This document shows positions 35,389-47,093 of a DNA stretch of 47,093 bases, piece by piece. This stretch comes from Lophium mytilinum (lineage: Eukaryota): positions 2,377,334 to 2,424,426 of the forward strand of contig MU004185.1 of NCBI GenBank assembly GCA_010093605.1. The letters run 5' to 3'. Position numbers and translations under genes: made by a program. The notes below the pieces were generated by a model. That model searched no databases. It was not told the origin of the DNA and worked only from the letters and a program-made list of their open reading frames with translations. How positions within the stretch are numbered: position 1 is the first letter of the stretch; each line of letters starts with the position of its first letter.

Positions 35389-35997
35389 ATGCCCAACGCG
35401 CTCTCGGTTCCCACATACCGCGGCGGCATCAAGCCCATAGCCTCCCGGTTCCGCCTCTACGCCGAATCCGGCTTCACAGGCCGCAAGAGCGTCACCTTCA
35501 TGCTGCCGGACAAACGCACACCAGCCTACTTCGTCGACTACCGCACCCATATTGCAGACCTCGTAGTCCACCGCGGCGCCTCTTCGGGTCCAGTCGTCGG
35601 AAACGTGCATTGTCACAAGTTCAGGCCAACCGAATTCGTCTTTGCGAACGGCCAAAAGGGCAAGATGTACAAGGACGGCTTCTTCACACGGAGGCATGTC
35701 GTCAACTTGCCGGCGGGGCCCGAGAAGGGTCAGTATTTCTGGAAGGGGACGAGCGATTACGGCGCGTCGCCCATGAGGGGTGGAAATTTGAAGCTTGAGT
35801 CGCCGAGCGGGACTGTCTTTGCGGCGTATTTGCGCTCGAGCGGCTCCAGGAAGGACGGCCAGCTGGATATTTTGGTTGAGGGGCTCGATCAAGACTTTGT
35901 GGATCAGATTGTGGTTAGTCTCATGGCGATGGCCGAGGAGGAGAGGAGGCGGCGGGGTGCTGGAGCTGGAGCTGCAGGAGGAGGCGGTGGGGCTTGA
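35389..35997 (+). CDS. Conserved fungal hypothetical protein, tubby-C/LURP-one/DUF6593-like, 202 aa
   Basis: GC3-rich intronless ORF with TPAYFV...DLVVHRG...PVVG...YFWKGT...NLKL...VFAAY...GQLDI...DQIVVSLMAMAEEERRR and a Gly/Ala tail, a pattern typical of this fungal family. Confidence 0.7.
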   Translation: MPNALSVPTYRGGIKPIASRFRLYAESGFTGRKSVTFMLPDKRTPAYFVDYRTHIADLVVHRGASSGPVVGNVHCHKFRPTEFVFANGQKGKMYKDGFFTRRHVVNLPAGPEKGQYFWKGTSDYGASPMRGGNLKLESPSGTVFAAYLRSSGSRKDGQLDILVEGLDQDFVDQIVVSLMAMAEEERRRRGAGAGAAGGGGGA

Positions 35998-36828
35998 TGT
36001 ACGTGCCGCCGACGGCGATGTAACATACGGTTTTCATCAAGGAACGGGGCTACTGATACCCTATTCTCATTTTCCCCGCTTTTAGAAAGAGTTGCCGTGG
36101 AGGCCCGTGGATTCGGTCTGTAGTCATTGACGACCCCTTTTATTGATTTTGTGCATTGCAAATCGGTGTTCAGGCTTGGGTTCACGGCTCTTTAGAAGAG
36201 CTTCCCGCGGCCCTTCTCCTAGCAACTGCGGCCAACCGTGAATGCTCACCAGGGCGTGTATTTACCGTTGAACAACGCTCCTTCCTGCGTCATCAGGTAC
36301 TCGAACACATCAAGCTTTGGTCGTTTGAAGGTCAGCTCTGAGGCGAAGTCGTGGGTGCGGAAACGCATTCTATGACAACTAGTGCCACTGTCATTGTTTT
36401 AGTGTAGTTCAGAAATACTGATTCCCTGCTCATTCTATCTTAAAGTCTGGCACACTTCTGCTTGGGCTCCACCACTCATCATTCCGCTTGTCTGGCCCAA
36501 GCAACTTCCCTTCCCTCCTGACGAACCAAGTCCAGTACTTGGAGGCATGCTACAAATCGCGTCCAAAGCAATGCCAGCTAGTAATAACAAGGCTACTGGA
36601 TGGAGCTTCCACTCGGAATTTCGTGGGACACGAGCGACATCGCTAAAGAACGTTCTCACCTGCATCTGCCACAGACATTTATTCCTTCTTATGTGGTGTA
36701 GGTTTCTTAAACAAGTCCATCTTAACGCCTGTACGCTGTGCAGCGGGGAAAGCACTAGCGATAGCGTAAGTAAGCTGCGGCCCATTTTATTTCGCTTTTA
36801 ATGTACTAGGAGGGCTCGGGTTAAGTAT

Positions 36829-38563
36829 TTATAGGGGCTAGAGGGTTAGAGTTATATAGAGAGAAGCTAGTTTAATATAGAGAAAATTAATCTTTAAGAA
36901 TTATATATAGTATAACCTTATACTACTATATTTAACTACTATAATATAAAATAGAGTATATATATAAAGAATAATACTTAAAATATAATATAATAGTATT
37001 CTATTAACTTTAATTTAATTTATAAGCTATAGTAGTAGCTTAAGATAGATATAAAGAGGCTATAGAGTATATAAATATAAAATAGAAATTACTTAAAGAG
37101 TTTAGTATAAGAATAGCCTTATACTTAAAAATTAGTATAACTACTACTATATATAACTACTATAATAAGTATAGAAGAAATATATAAAAAATTATATATA
37201 ATATATAATATAATAGTAATCTATTAACTTAGAATTAATTTATAGACTATAGTAGTAGTAGTAGTTATATATAGAGGTAAAATTCTAAATAATAAAAGTT
37301 ACTTAAAGAGTTTAGTATAATACTAGCCTTATACTTAATAAAGACCTTAACTAGCGCTATATAGAACTACTATAATATAAAGTTAAAAATATTTATAAGA
37401 AAAATTACTTATTATATAATATAATAGTATTATAGTAATTTAGAAATATTTTATAGGCTATAGTTATAGCTCTAGATAGATATAAAGAATAAAAAAAGAG
37501 GGCGGCTAGTAGCATAGAGTATAGCTCTATAATTAAGTAGCCTTCTACTACTATATATAATAACTTCTAGATATTAAAATACTATAATAGAGCTATAATA
37601 CTATATATAGTATATATAATTAAATTTAAAGTATTATAGAAAAGGTAAAGTTCTAGTAGTAGATACCTATAGAGGGTAATAGATATAATAGAAAGAGTTT
37701 TATATTATAATAGTCTTACCTTAGTATAGGTTACTACTAGATAGTATTCTTATATATTAGAAATTTTAGCTATATTAAATAAAATATATAAAGTAAAGAG
37801 TAGAATATAGTTTATATAATATTTATAGATAAAGTAATTAATAGAGCTACTATAGAAAGCCTTTCTACTAGAGCTCTTTTCTAGTAACCTTAACTAAGTA
37901 GCTATATCTATAAGAGGTATTAAAATAGATTAGATAGAGTAAGCTCTATAATAAAAATATTAATAAATTCTTATTTTTTACTAATTATACTCTCTAACTA
38001 CTTTCTACTTCTTAGCTTTATATTTTAAACTATTATCCCTCTTCTTACTATATCTAGTAGTTAGTATAGAACGCCTCTAAAAGTACTAGAATAAAGAAGA
38101 GTAAAAAGTAGCTAAATTATACTTAATAGTAGATTTAAACTAATATAAGAGAAATAAAAAGAAAAAGGCTATAGACTAAATAGCTATAGTAGAAGAGGCT
38201 AGTAAGCCTACTTTTACTTCTATTCTAGAGCTATTTCTAATTATCTTTAAAAACTCTAGAAGTCTTTCTAGTATAAATATTAGGGCCCCTTATTCTACCC
38301 GCCCTGCGCCTATACTCTCTTAATAACTAATAATATCTTAAAAGCCTTTAGAGAAAACTATTATATAACTTATAATTAGTATATCTTTTATAATCTTTTA
38401 GTATTTATAGTTAGATTCTAATAAATTTAAGTAGAACCTATCTTAATAGAAGAATTATTACCTTCTACCTCTACTTAATCTATATAATATACTCCTCTAT
38501 AGTAGTCTACTTATAGTAGTATTTATTCTACTATTTCTTCTCTATCTATTTAATCTATATAAC
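36829..38563. mobile_element. Unclassified repeat element A, copy 1 (heavily RIPped, interrupted at 38563)
   Basis: Colinear with 42257-43992 (offset about 5428). Both copies begin TTATAGGGGCTAGAGGGTT. Confidence 0.85.
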
Positions 38564-39257
38564 TATTATAGTATAAACCTAAAATAATAATAATTATATA
38601 CTAAGGTTATATACCGCCCCTTATATAACCTAAGTAAAACGCTAGCCTAAGGCGCTAGACTATAGCCTATATACTAGCCTTAAACTATAACCTCTTAAGA
38701 GCTTCTAGCTCTCTCTCTTCTTTTTAGCTTAGATTTTTATAATAGTTAATATATCTTATTACTTATATTATATTAGCCCTCTATATAATCTAAGCTTACT
38801 TTTCTATACTTAAAATCTTATTAATTTTTTCTAGAACTCTATTATAAGATCTAGGTATTTTTACTAAAACTAATTAAATATTTTTCTACTAGCCTAGCTA
38901 TATAGCTATATATAGTATCTAAGTTTAACCTAGTAGACTATAATCTAGTACTACCCCCCTTAAATAAGCTAGTTAATTTAATAGCTAGGCTTTAAAATAA
39001 TTTAAAAACTCTAGGCGCTATAAGTACTAATCTAAATACTTTAGAAGAACTATCTATTATCTATACTTCTATAACTCTAATAACTACTAGTAATAAAAAG
39101 GCCCGCTATACTACGCGCCTTATATACTTTTAGGGCGCAGCTAAAAGCTCTTCTATTCTAGCTATTATTTCTAGCTTCTACTATAGAACTAGAGAACTAA
39201 TTCTAAATATTTAAAAATAGACCTAAGCCTTCTTATAGACCTTAGATAATACTTAGC

Positions 39258-39310
39258 GTACTAATATCTAGCGCGCTAATATCTAGCGCGCTAATACCTA
39301 GCGCCCTAAA
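39258..39310. repeat. 15-bp tandem repeat (CTAGCGCGCTAATAT)x~3.5 within the Gypsy element
   Basis: Directly visible: ctaatatctagcgcgctaatatctagcgcgctaatacctagcgccctaaa. Confidence 0.7.
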
Positions 39311-41847
39311 TACTTAGTAGATAATCTAGTTAATACTACTAAACTCTTAAACTAGAACTAGAACTAGACTATTACTAATAAACTTAATCTAGATTATAAC
39401 TCTAATAATAAAGGCGGCTTTATTACGCCTAGTATAAACGCCCTAGATAAGCGCGCTATTTAGTTTATAACTAAGGATAATATAAATAAATAAACTAGAA
39501 GTAAGCTATACTTTACTTATTACTATATCTCTATAGTAGACTAATAAGTATCTATTCTAGTTATATACTATAAAACTAAATAGGTTTTAGATACTAAACC
39601 TAAGTATATAGATATTTCTAAAAAGCTATAAAAAAGTAACCTCTAGCGCTATATTTAGCTACTAGTTTAGCTTCTTAACTATTATACTAATAGTACTATA
39701 ACTATTAATATTATAGTTATAAATAAGACTAAGTTTACTACTATAGTAAATAAGAATAACTTTATATAGTAGAAATCCTTCTAGAAGCTCTATATAGAAT
39801 ATAAAGTTAGCTTTAAAAAAGCTAATAATAAAGATAAGCTCTATAATAAACTCTAGAATAAGTATTAAAAGTATAAGTAGAATATAACTAATAGTACTAC
39901 TATAGTAGAATAAAAGTTAAAGGCCTATTATACTAAATAGTTATAGTATACTACTAGTACTTACTAGGCTAATTTTAAGCTTAACTAAATATACTTATAC
40001 TATAACTACTAGTATAGAAAGTATTAGACCCTTAAGAGAATGTATAAATAGCTTACTACTTATATTAAGAAACTTAAATAATAGCTTTATTAATAGGGGG
40101 CTTTATACCTATAGCCTCTAGACTCTAACTATAATTCTAATAATAATAGTACTTATTCTTTTATACCTATAGTTCTACTTTATTAATACTCTATTAGCTA
40201 GCCTCTATAGTTTAACTCTATTAAGAGTAAGTCCGCTACTCTATTTACGCCTATTTAGGACTCTAGTGCATATATAGTAATATATTACTACTCTAATCTA
40301 GATAAGTTTAGTAGTAGTAATAAAAATAAGCTATTCTACTAGTAGTAGTATATATAAGTACTTAGTAAGCTAGATATCTATATACTACTATATACTACTA
40401 TATATTATTATATAGTATATATCTATAATAGACTTAAAGAAAAAGCCTTTAATATAATCTTCTATTAGGCTAAATCTAATAGTAATAAGCTATACCTCTC
40501 TATAGAAAAACTAATTAATAACCTAGATAAGATCTATAGACCTTTTAATAAGGCGGCTAATATATATACTAATTTATATAATAGTAAGTTTATATAGAAA
40601 AAAGATAAGCGCGTTATAATCTAGATAGAATACTTTAATACTAGTATAGCCTCCCTCTACCTTAAAGACTCTAGAAAGATCTACTATATATAATATAATC
40701 TTACTAATAGCCTTAAGTATAAGGCCGCTAATAGATAAGATAGTAATATAATAACCTTTATTATATTCCTCTAAACCTTAAAATTCTAGCTTAATATTAT
40801 TAAACTAAATAAGAATATCTATAAAAATAAGAATACTTCTAAGTCTATGCATAATAACTATAAAGCTACTAGCGCTAGATTAACCTCTACTATACCTTAC
40901 TACCCGCTACTTACTAATATAATGCGTATATCTAAAAATAATACTAGTAATACTACTTTAAGTACTTCTATAAATAACTTTCTAGGCCTCTTTAGTTATA
41001 ATTACCGCACTATTATACGCCTTAAGTAGCTAGGTTACTATTAGAACTATCTAGAGTATAAATATATAGCTAATAGTAACGCCCTATATATTAGCTAATA
41101 GCTAGTCCCTATCTATAAGGTTAGTAGTCTTACTAATAAGATTAGTCTTACTAGCGTTAATATTAGCGCTATAAATACTAGCTCTATCTATAATAAGATA
41201 ATAGAAAATACCTAGTTTTTAGTAATAGTTACTACTAAGAACCTCTAATAGCCTTTAATAATAGAAAATTAAGAGTAGTTATAGATAGAATTACTATTTT
41301 AAAATAGAAGATTAAACTAGCTATTATATATATATCTACCCTTATACTATAGCTAGTTAATAGTAAATAGTTTAGCTTCTTAGATAGAATTCTCTAATTT
41401 AATTCTATTTTTAACTTTTTTACTACTAAGATTCTTTCTAATATAGAATTAGGCTTTTAGTTTCTTTATTTAAAGACTGTGCGTCTTTATAAAATATCTA
41501 TCTAACCCCTTTTATAACCTATTATTCTTAAGCTTACTAATAGTAAGCTCTTAGTTATACTAGACTATACTATAGATATTACCTTTTATATTAGTAACTA
41601 CTATAATACTATTACCTACTATATTATAGATACTAGATAATATAATATAATTCTAGATATACTCTAGCTCTAGCTTTATAACCCTATAGTTAGCTTTAAA
41701 AGGACCTAGCTAGTCTTTTAATTTAACTACTATATATCTAACTATCTTTATTATAGTAGGCTAGTTATTATAAAAAGCCTTATCTATTTAAAATATATTA
41801 AAATTAAACTATACTAGAACCTAGGTAATTTCTATAGCTCTTAATAT

Positions 41848-41910
41848 AACTCTAACTCTAACTCTAACTTTAACTCTAACTCTAACTCTAACTCTAATTC
41901 TAATTTTAAC
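41848..41910. repeat. (AACTCT)n hexamer repeat, probably RIPped (GACTCT)n encoding Asp-Ser
   Basis: About 10 units downstream of the protease relic. A TG->TA change converts GACTCT arrays into AACTCT. Confidence 0.7.
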
Positions 41911-42256
41911 CTTAGTCTAGTTATAGAAGGCCCTAATAATATAAAGAACTCTTTTTAGCTTAATTATAATAGTAAGCCTCTTCTACCTAAACTAGTTTTA
42001 CTAAATAAGCCCCTAGTATATAATATTTAATTTATCTCTATATACGCCTACTCTATTATAGCTAAATATAATAAAAATATAGTAATAATAGTTACTTTAT
42101 AAGATTTTAAATAGTTATATTAACCTTTAGAGACTAATAAGTAATATATCTATAAATAATAGATTATAAATCTAGTAGATATTACTACTAAGAACTACTA
42201 ATAATTTAAAGAGAAAATAATAAAATTACCTTATATAAAGAACTAGCTTTAATAAA

Positions 42257-45200
42257 TTATAGGGGCTAGAGGGTTAAAGTTAGGTAGAGAGAAGCGAGTT
42301 TAATATAGAGAAAATTAATCTTTAAGAATTACGTGCAGCACAACCTTGCACCGCCGCATTTAACTACTATAATATGAAATAGAGTATATATATAAAGAAT
42401 AATACTTAGAATGCAATGCAATAGCGTTCTATTAACTTTAATTTAATTTACAAGCTATAGTAGTAGCTTAAGGTAGATATAGAGAGGCCGCAGAGTGTAT
42501 AGGCACAGGATAGAAATTACTTAAAGGGTTTAGCGTAAGAATAGCCTTGCGCTTAAGAATTAGTGTAACTACTACTGCATGTAACTACTATAATGTAGTA
42601 TAGAAGAAATATATAAAGGATTATATATAATACATAATATAATAGCAATCTATTAACTTAGAATTAATATATAGGCTATAGTAGTAGTAGTAGTTATATA
42701 TAGAGGTAAGATTCTAAATAATAGAAGTTACTTAAAGAGTTTAGTGTAATGCTAGCCTTATACTTAATAAAAACCTTAACTAGCGCTGCATGGAACTACT
42801 ATAATATAAGGTTAAAGATATTTATAAGGAAAATTACTTATTATACAATGTAATAGTATTCTAGTAATTTAGAAATATTTTATAGGCTATAGTTATAGCT
42901 CTAGGTAGGTATAGAGGGTAAGAAAAGAGGGCGGCTAGTAGTATAGAGTATAGCCCTATAATTAAGTAGCCTTCTACTACTGCATATAATAACTTCTAGA
43001 TATTAAGATACTATAATAGAGCTATAATACTATATATAGTATATATAATTAAATTTAAAGCATTATAGAAAAGGTAAAGTCCTAGTAGTAGATGCCTATA
43101 GAGGGTAATAGATATAATAGAAAGGGTTTTACATTATAATAGCCTTGCCTTAGTATAGGTTACTACTAGATAGTATTCTTATATAATAGAAATTTTAGCC
43201 GCATTAAATAAAATATATAAAGTAAAGGGTAGAATATAGTTTATATAATATTTATAGATAAAGTAATTAATAGGGCTACTACAGGAAGCCTTCCTGCTAG
43301 GGCCCTTTCCTAGTAACCTTAACCGAGTAGCAGTATCTATAAGGGGTATTAAAACGGGTTAGGCGGGGTAAGCCCTATAATAAGAATATTAATAAATTCT
43401 TATTTTTAACTAATTATACTCCCTAACCGCTTTCTACTTCTTAGCTCTATATTCTAAACTATTATCCCCCTTACTACTATACCTAGTGGTTAGCATAGGA
43501 CGCCCCTAAAAGTACTAGAATAAAGAAGAGCAAAAAGTAGCTAAATTACGTTTAATAGTGGATTTAAACTAACGCAAGAGAGATAAAAAGAAGAGGGCTA
43601 TAGACTAAATAGCTATAGTAGGAGAGGCTAGCAAGCCTACTTCTACTTCTATTCTAGATCCATTTCTAATTATCTTTAAAAACCCTAGAGGTCTTTCTAG
43701 TATAAATATTAGGGCCCCTTATCCTACCCGCCCTACGCCTACGCCCTTTTAATAACTAATTACACTTTAGAAGCCTTTAGAGAAAACTATTATATAACTT
43801 ATAATTAGTATATCTTTTACAATCTTCTAGTATTTATAGTTAGGTTCTAATAAACTTAAGTAGAACCTGTCTTAATAGAAGAATTATTACCTTCTACCTC
43901 TACTTAATCTATATAATATACTTCTCTGCAGCGGTCTACTTATAGTAGTACCCGTTCTACTATTTCTTCTCTATCTATCTAACCTACGTAACCTACATAA
44001 TATACTCCTCTATAGCGGTCTATCTATAGTAGTATCTATTCTACTACTCCTCCTCTATCTACTAAACCTACCTAATATTCTACTCTAGGGCGGGCTACTT
44101 ATAGTAGTACTTATTCTCTTACTTTTCTAACCTCTTAACCTACTTAACTAATATAACTTTCTTATACCTAGTAGTTTACTAGCAGTAGTATATACTCTAG
44201 TAAGTTAAGAGCGGCTTAATATATACCTAAAATTTAAAGCAATATAGAATTAATAGAAGCTGTAGAGTAAGATTAGAGTAATAGTAGTAAGTATACTATT
44301 ATATAGACTATTAAGGGAGCAGCAGTTAAAGAAGAAGAAGAAGCGGCTAAAGAAAGTAAAGTAAATAAAGAAGTAGCCTAAGCAGATAAAGAAGTAGAAG
44401 AGGCAGTATTAGAGTTACTATTACCTACATCTTCTGCGTTATCTCCTTATATACCTGCATTACTACCGCCTCTAGATACTAGAGAGGTGTTACCCTCTCT
44501 ATTACTACCTTCTAGCGTAGGGACACCTTAGTAAGCCGTAAATAATAATAATAGAGCTCTAGGCTAGGTTCTACCCGCTATATGCTATCTCTATAAAGCG
44601 TTTCTTAAACCTATAGCTATACTATATATATATATAGGCGTATATACTATCCTTACCCTCTAGAATACTCTATAGATAGCTATAATACTATGCATAAGTT
44701 TACGCGCTTAATAAACTATAGCGGCTTCTACTCCTGCATAACTAGAACTAATAATATAACGCTAAATACTAGCCCTTATTACTATATTACTACTCTATAT
44801 ACTTGCGTAAATAACTAATAAAGAGATTATAGCGGAATTATTCTTAGCGTAATAAAATAAGGCTGTAGAAGTGCTCTCTAGAATAGACACTATAGAATAA
44901 ATAGATAAGAAGGAAATGCTAGCTAATATAAGTTGGTTTATATAACTAGCGTATAATAATAGTTAGGTTTAGATAGAGTAGTACGCTGCCTTATTATCTC
45001 TCCGCCTAACGCTAGTAACTAAGGTTGTAGAAGAGGAATTTACCTAACTTAAGAATAAGGTAGAAGCAGGTGTAGATATAGATAAGGTATTAGATAATAG
45101 AGTTAAAGAGGGTAGAGAAGATATATATATATAAGAACAGTAAGATACTATAGATAAATTACCGGGTTTACTTAATAAAGTTACGCTAGAGAATTAAGGT

Positions 45201-47093
45201 AGTAGGGTAGATAATACAGCCTTAAATAGTAAAGGCAATAGCAAGAGTATAGATAAAGTTATAGATAAGATAGACCCTAATAGGTAAGTATTATAAGCCC
45301 TATAGCTTATATAAAGCTAATATATATAGGCATAATAATCTATTAGTAAATACTCTATATATAGTAAGTATAATCTAATTAGCGTTAGAAGTCTAGTATA
45401 CTTACTATATATCTTAACTCTTTCTATTTAGATAATATAGTAGCTAATATTATAATATAGCAAGTAACTATATAATAGTTTCTTAGAGCAGATCCCTTAG
45501 CTAAGTTACTAGCTTTCTCCTAGCTTAGAACCTTCCCTTCTAATAAGAGCCTATTATAGCTAATACAGCCTTCTATCTAATAAGCTAACTAGAGCTATTA
45601 TAGAGAGAGGATAATTCTAATAACTTTAATAATATCCTATAGAAATTAATATTAAGCGGAGAAACTAGTAATATAGAAACTCTAAGGCTTAGTTTTATAA
45701 GGTCTAAAGCTAGCTTTATAGTAAATAAAGAGATTAAAATCCAGCGAGTGTATAATATTAATAGCGTTATTATTAGTATCTCTACTTTAGCAGCCTATAA
45801 TTTATACTTCTTACTATCTCTATAACTATCCTTTCTCTAAAGTATTACTTAAAACTAACGCATTATAATATGCGGCTATAAGCTCTATATAATAAAGTAG
45901 CTTTATATAGGGTATAGGTATAAGTATTAATTTAAAACTTATATATTTTTCCCCTAGATACTAACACTAAATAAGTAGAAGGGCGATACTTTATATCTAC
46001 TAGATATAATGCAAGCAGCTTAGCTTAATAATATTATCTTACCTGCAGTAAAGTATACTCTAACACCCAATAAGTAGTAGTATATACTATACAGTTTTAA
46101 TATTATATAGGGTAAAGTAAGCATTAAGAAAGAAAAATATATAATATTATCTAGAGACTCTTATATTAATACTAAGTATATAATTCTATAGTATTAACTC
46201 TAAGAATTCTAGGACTAAGTTCTTTACAACGCAGAAAACTTTATAGAAATAGATACTATACCTAAAGATTTATTTAAAGGAGTATTTCTAGTAGTCTTAG
46301 GTTATAATCTAAAAATGGCATATAAGTCCTTAAGTATAATTTAAAGCAGGGATTAGCTACTATGTACTTTAACTACTACTTTTAATAAAAACCTAATTAA
46401 TATGCTAGATAAGGGGATATAGGTTAACTATAGATATAAAGATGTCCTAACTACTAATTAGCTAGATACCGGGGTTACCCTTCTACGTAAAACTAGCTGC
46501 AATAACTACTAGGCCACTTACTTCTATAATAGCGGAAAAGAAAAGATTTATATAATATTATACCCCTACTATCTTATCTAGGGCGTGTTATCTCTAACGG
46601 TAGAGCTCTAAGTAGGCAACTGTAGCCGTATTAGTAGTATAGCATATAATAAAATCTATAATAGTAATAAGATTATACTTAAGTTACCTATTAAGAATAT
46701 TACGCCCTTTTATAATACTTAACTAGAAGCTCTTACGTTTTTAACTAAAATAATTAAGTAGTAGTTTAAAGCGGCAGGTAGCTCTAGAGGATTATTAAAA
46801 AGAAAATAGCTTTAGAATAGTCTTGCTACTATTCTCTAACGCTACTATACTATACTCTAGAGAGATAGACACTTATCCTATAGAGTTTAAACTAAGTTCT
46901 AAGTACTTCTTACTATACTTAAGTAACTTAAAGAAAGCGCAAGTCCTAAATTTACTATAAAGAATAGGCTAGATAATAGTAGTAAGCCTTATTACCCCTA
47001 CTAGGTTCTTTCTATAGAAGAAGTTAATGCCTTTACTATTATAAACCTTAATTACTAGGTATTTCTTTTCTAGGTACTATCTCTTTAGGTTAC
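42257..47093. mobile_element. Unclassified repeat element A, copy 2 (less RIPped); continues as unclassified RIPped DNA to the window end
   Basis: 42257-43992 aligns to 36829-38563 but retains many CA/TG/CG dinucleotides. It has internal ~215-bp and ~80-bp tandem repeats. The right end is not identified. Confidence 0.75.

Larger units (their letters stand above)
38564..42256 (+). mobile_element. 5' part of a RIPped Ty3/Gypsy LTR retrotransposon: candidate LTR about 38564-38846, gag zinc-knuckle relic and aspartic protease relic
   Basis: Starts TATTATAG (RIP of TGTTACAG). De-RIPped C-x2-C-x4-H at about 41039-41065. In one frame: TCT AAT ATA GAA TTA GGC (S-D-T-G-S-G) at 41437-41454 and TAT AAT ATA ATT CTA GAT ATA CTC TAG CTC TAG CTT TAT AAC CCT (YDxILGxPWLQLHNP) at 41641-41685. 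Confidence 0.72.
36800..47093. repeat. AT-rich block of RIP-mutated nested repeats
   Basis: Abrupt switch to very high A+T with TpA excess, near absence of CpA/TpG, and almost no ORFs in about 10 kb. Confidence 0.95.

Noticed and set aside
40847..41029. 60-aa ORF within the AT block
   Set aside because: It is a RIP-scrambled remnant of the Gypsy gag frame, not an independent gene.
41848..41910. (CTCTAA)n resembling an interstitial telomere repeat (CCCTAA)n
   Set aside because: It is better explained as RIPped (GACTCT)n Asp-Ser codons inside the Gypsy pol region. The telomere reading would need uniform C->T changes in a non-RIP context.
36829..43992. The two 1.7-kb direct repeats as the LTRs of one retrotransposon
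   Set aside because: Copy 1 ends abruptly inside an internal tandem repeat that continues in copy 2. The enclosed 3.7 kb has its own LTR-like start and lacks RT, RNase H and integrase, and RIP levels differ between the copies.

Overview
Fungal (Pezizomycotina, probably Dothideomycete) genomic DNA with short GT-AG introns and CTAAC-type branch sites. Positions 1-36.8 kb are a GC-balanced gene region and 36.8-47.1 kb are an AT-rich block of RIP-degraded nested transposons. Gene models built by hand: secreted GMC oxidoreductase, atypical kinase, NDP-glucose 4,6-dehydratase, SEC9, AMS1 (GH38 alpha-mannosidase), Bys1-like secreted protein, secreted Thr/Cys-rich protein, a DUR3-like urea transporter pseudogene, a SAM methyltransferase, a probably GPI-anchored carboxylesterase, and a tubby/LURP-like hypothetical protein. 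The most striking element is a head-to-head gene pair at 30.2-34.8 kb. One gene is a 7-exon Ser/Thr kinase fused to a C-terminal YTH (m6A-RNA reader) domain. The other is a HeLo/HELL-like domain fused to a pseudokinase with MLKL-like motifs, carrying a 1-bp frameshift here. This suggests a RIPK3/MLKL-like fungal cell-death module that may sense RNA (inference). A decayed SesA-like NLR N-terminal domain lies at about 19 kb. All family assignments come from motif recognition by eye; no searches were run.
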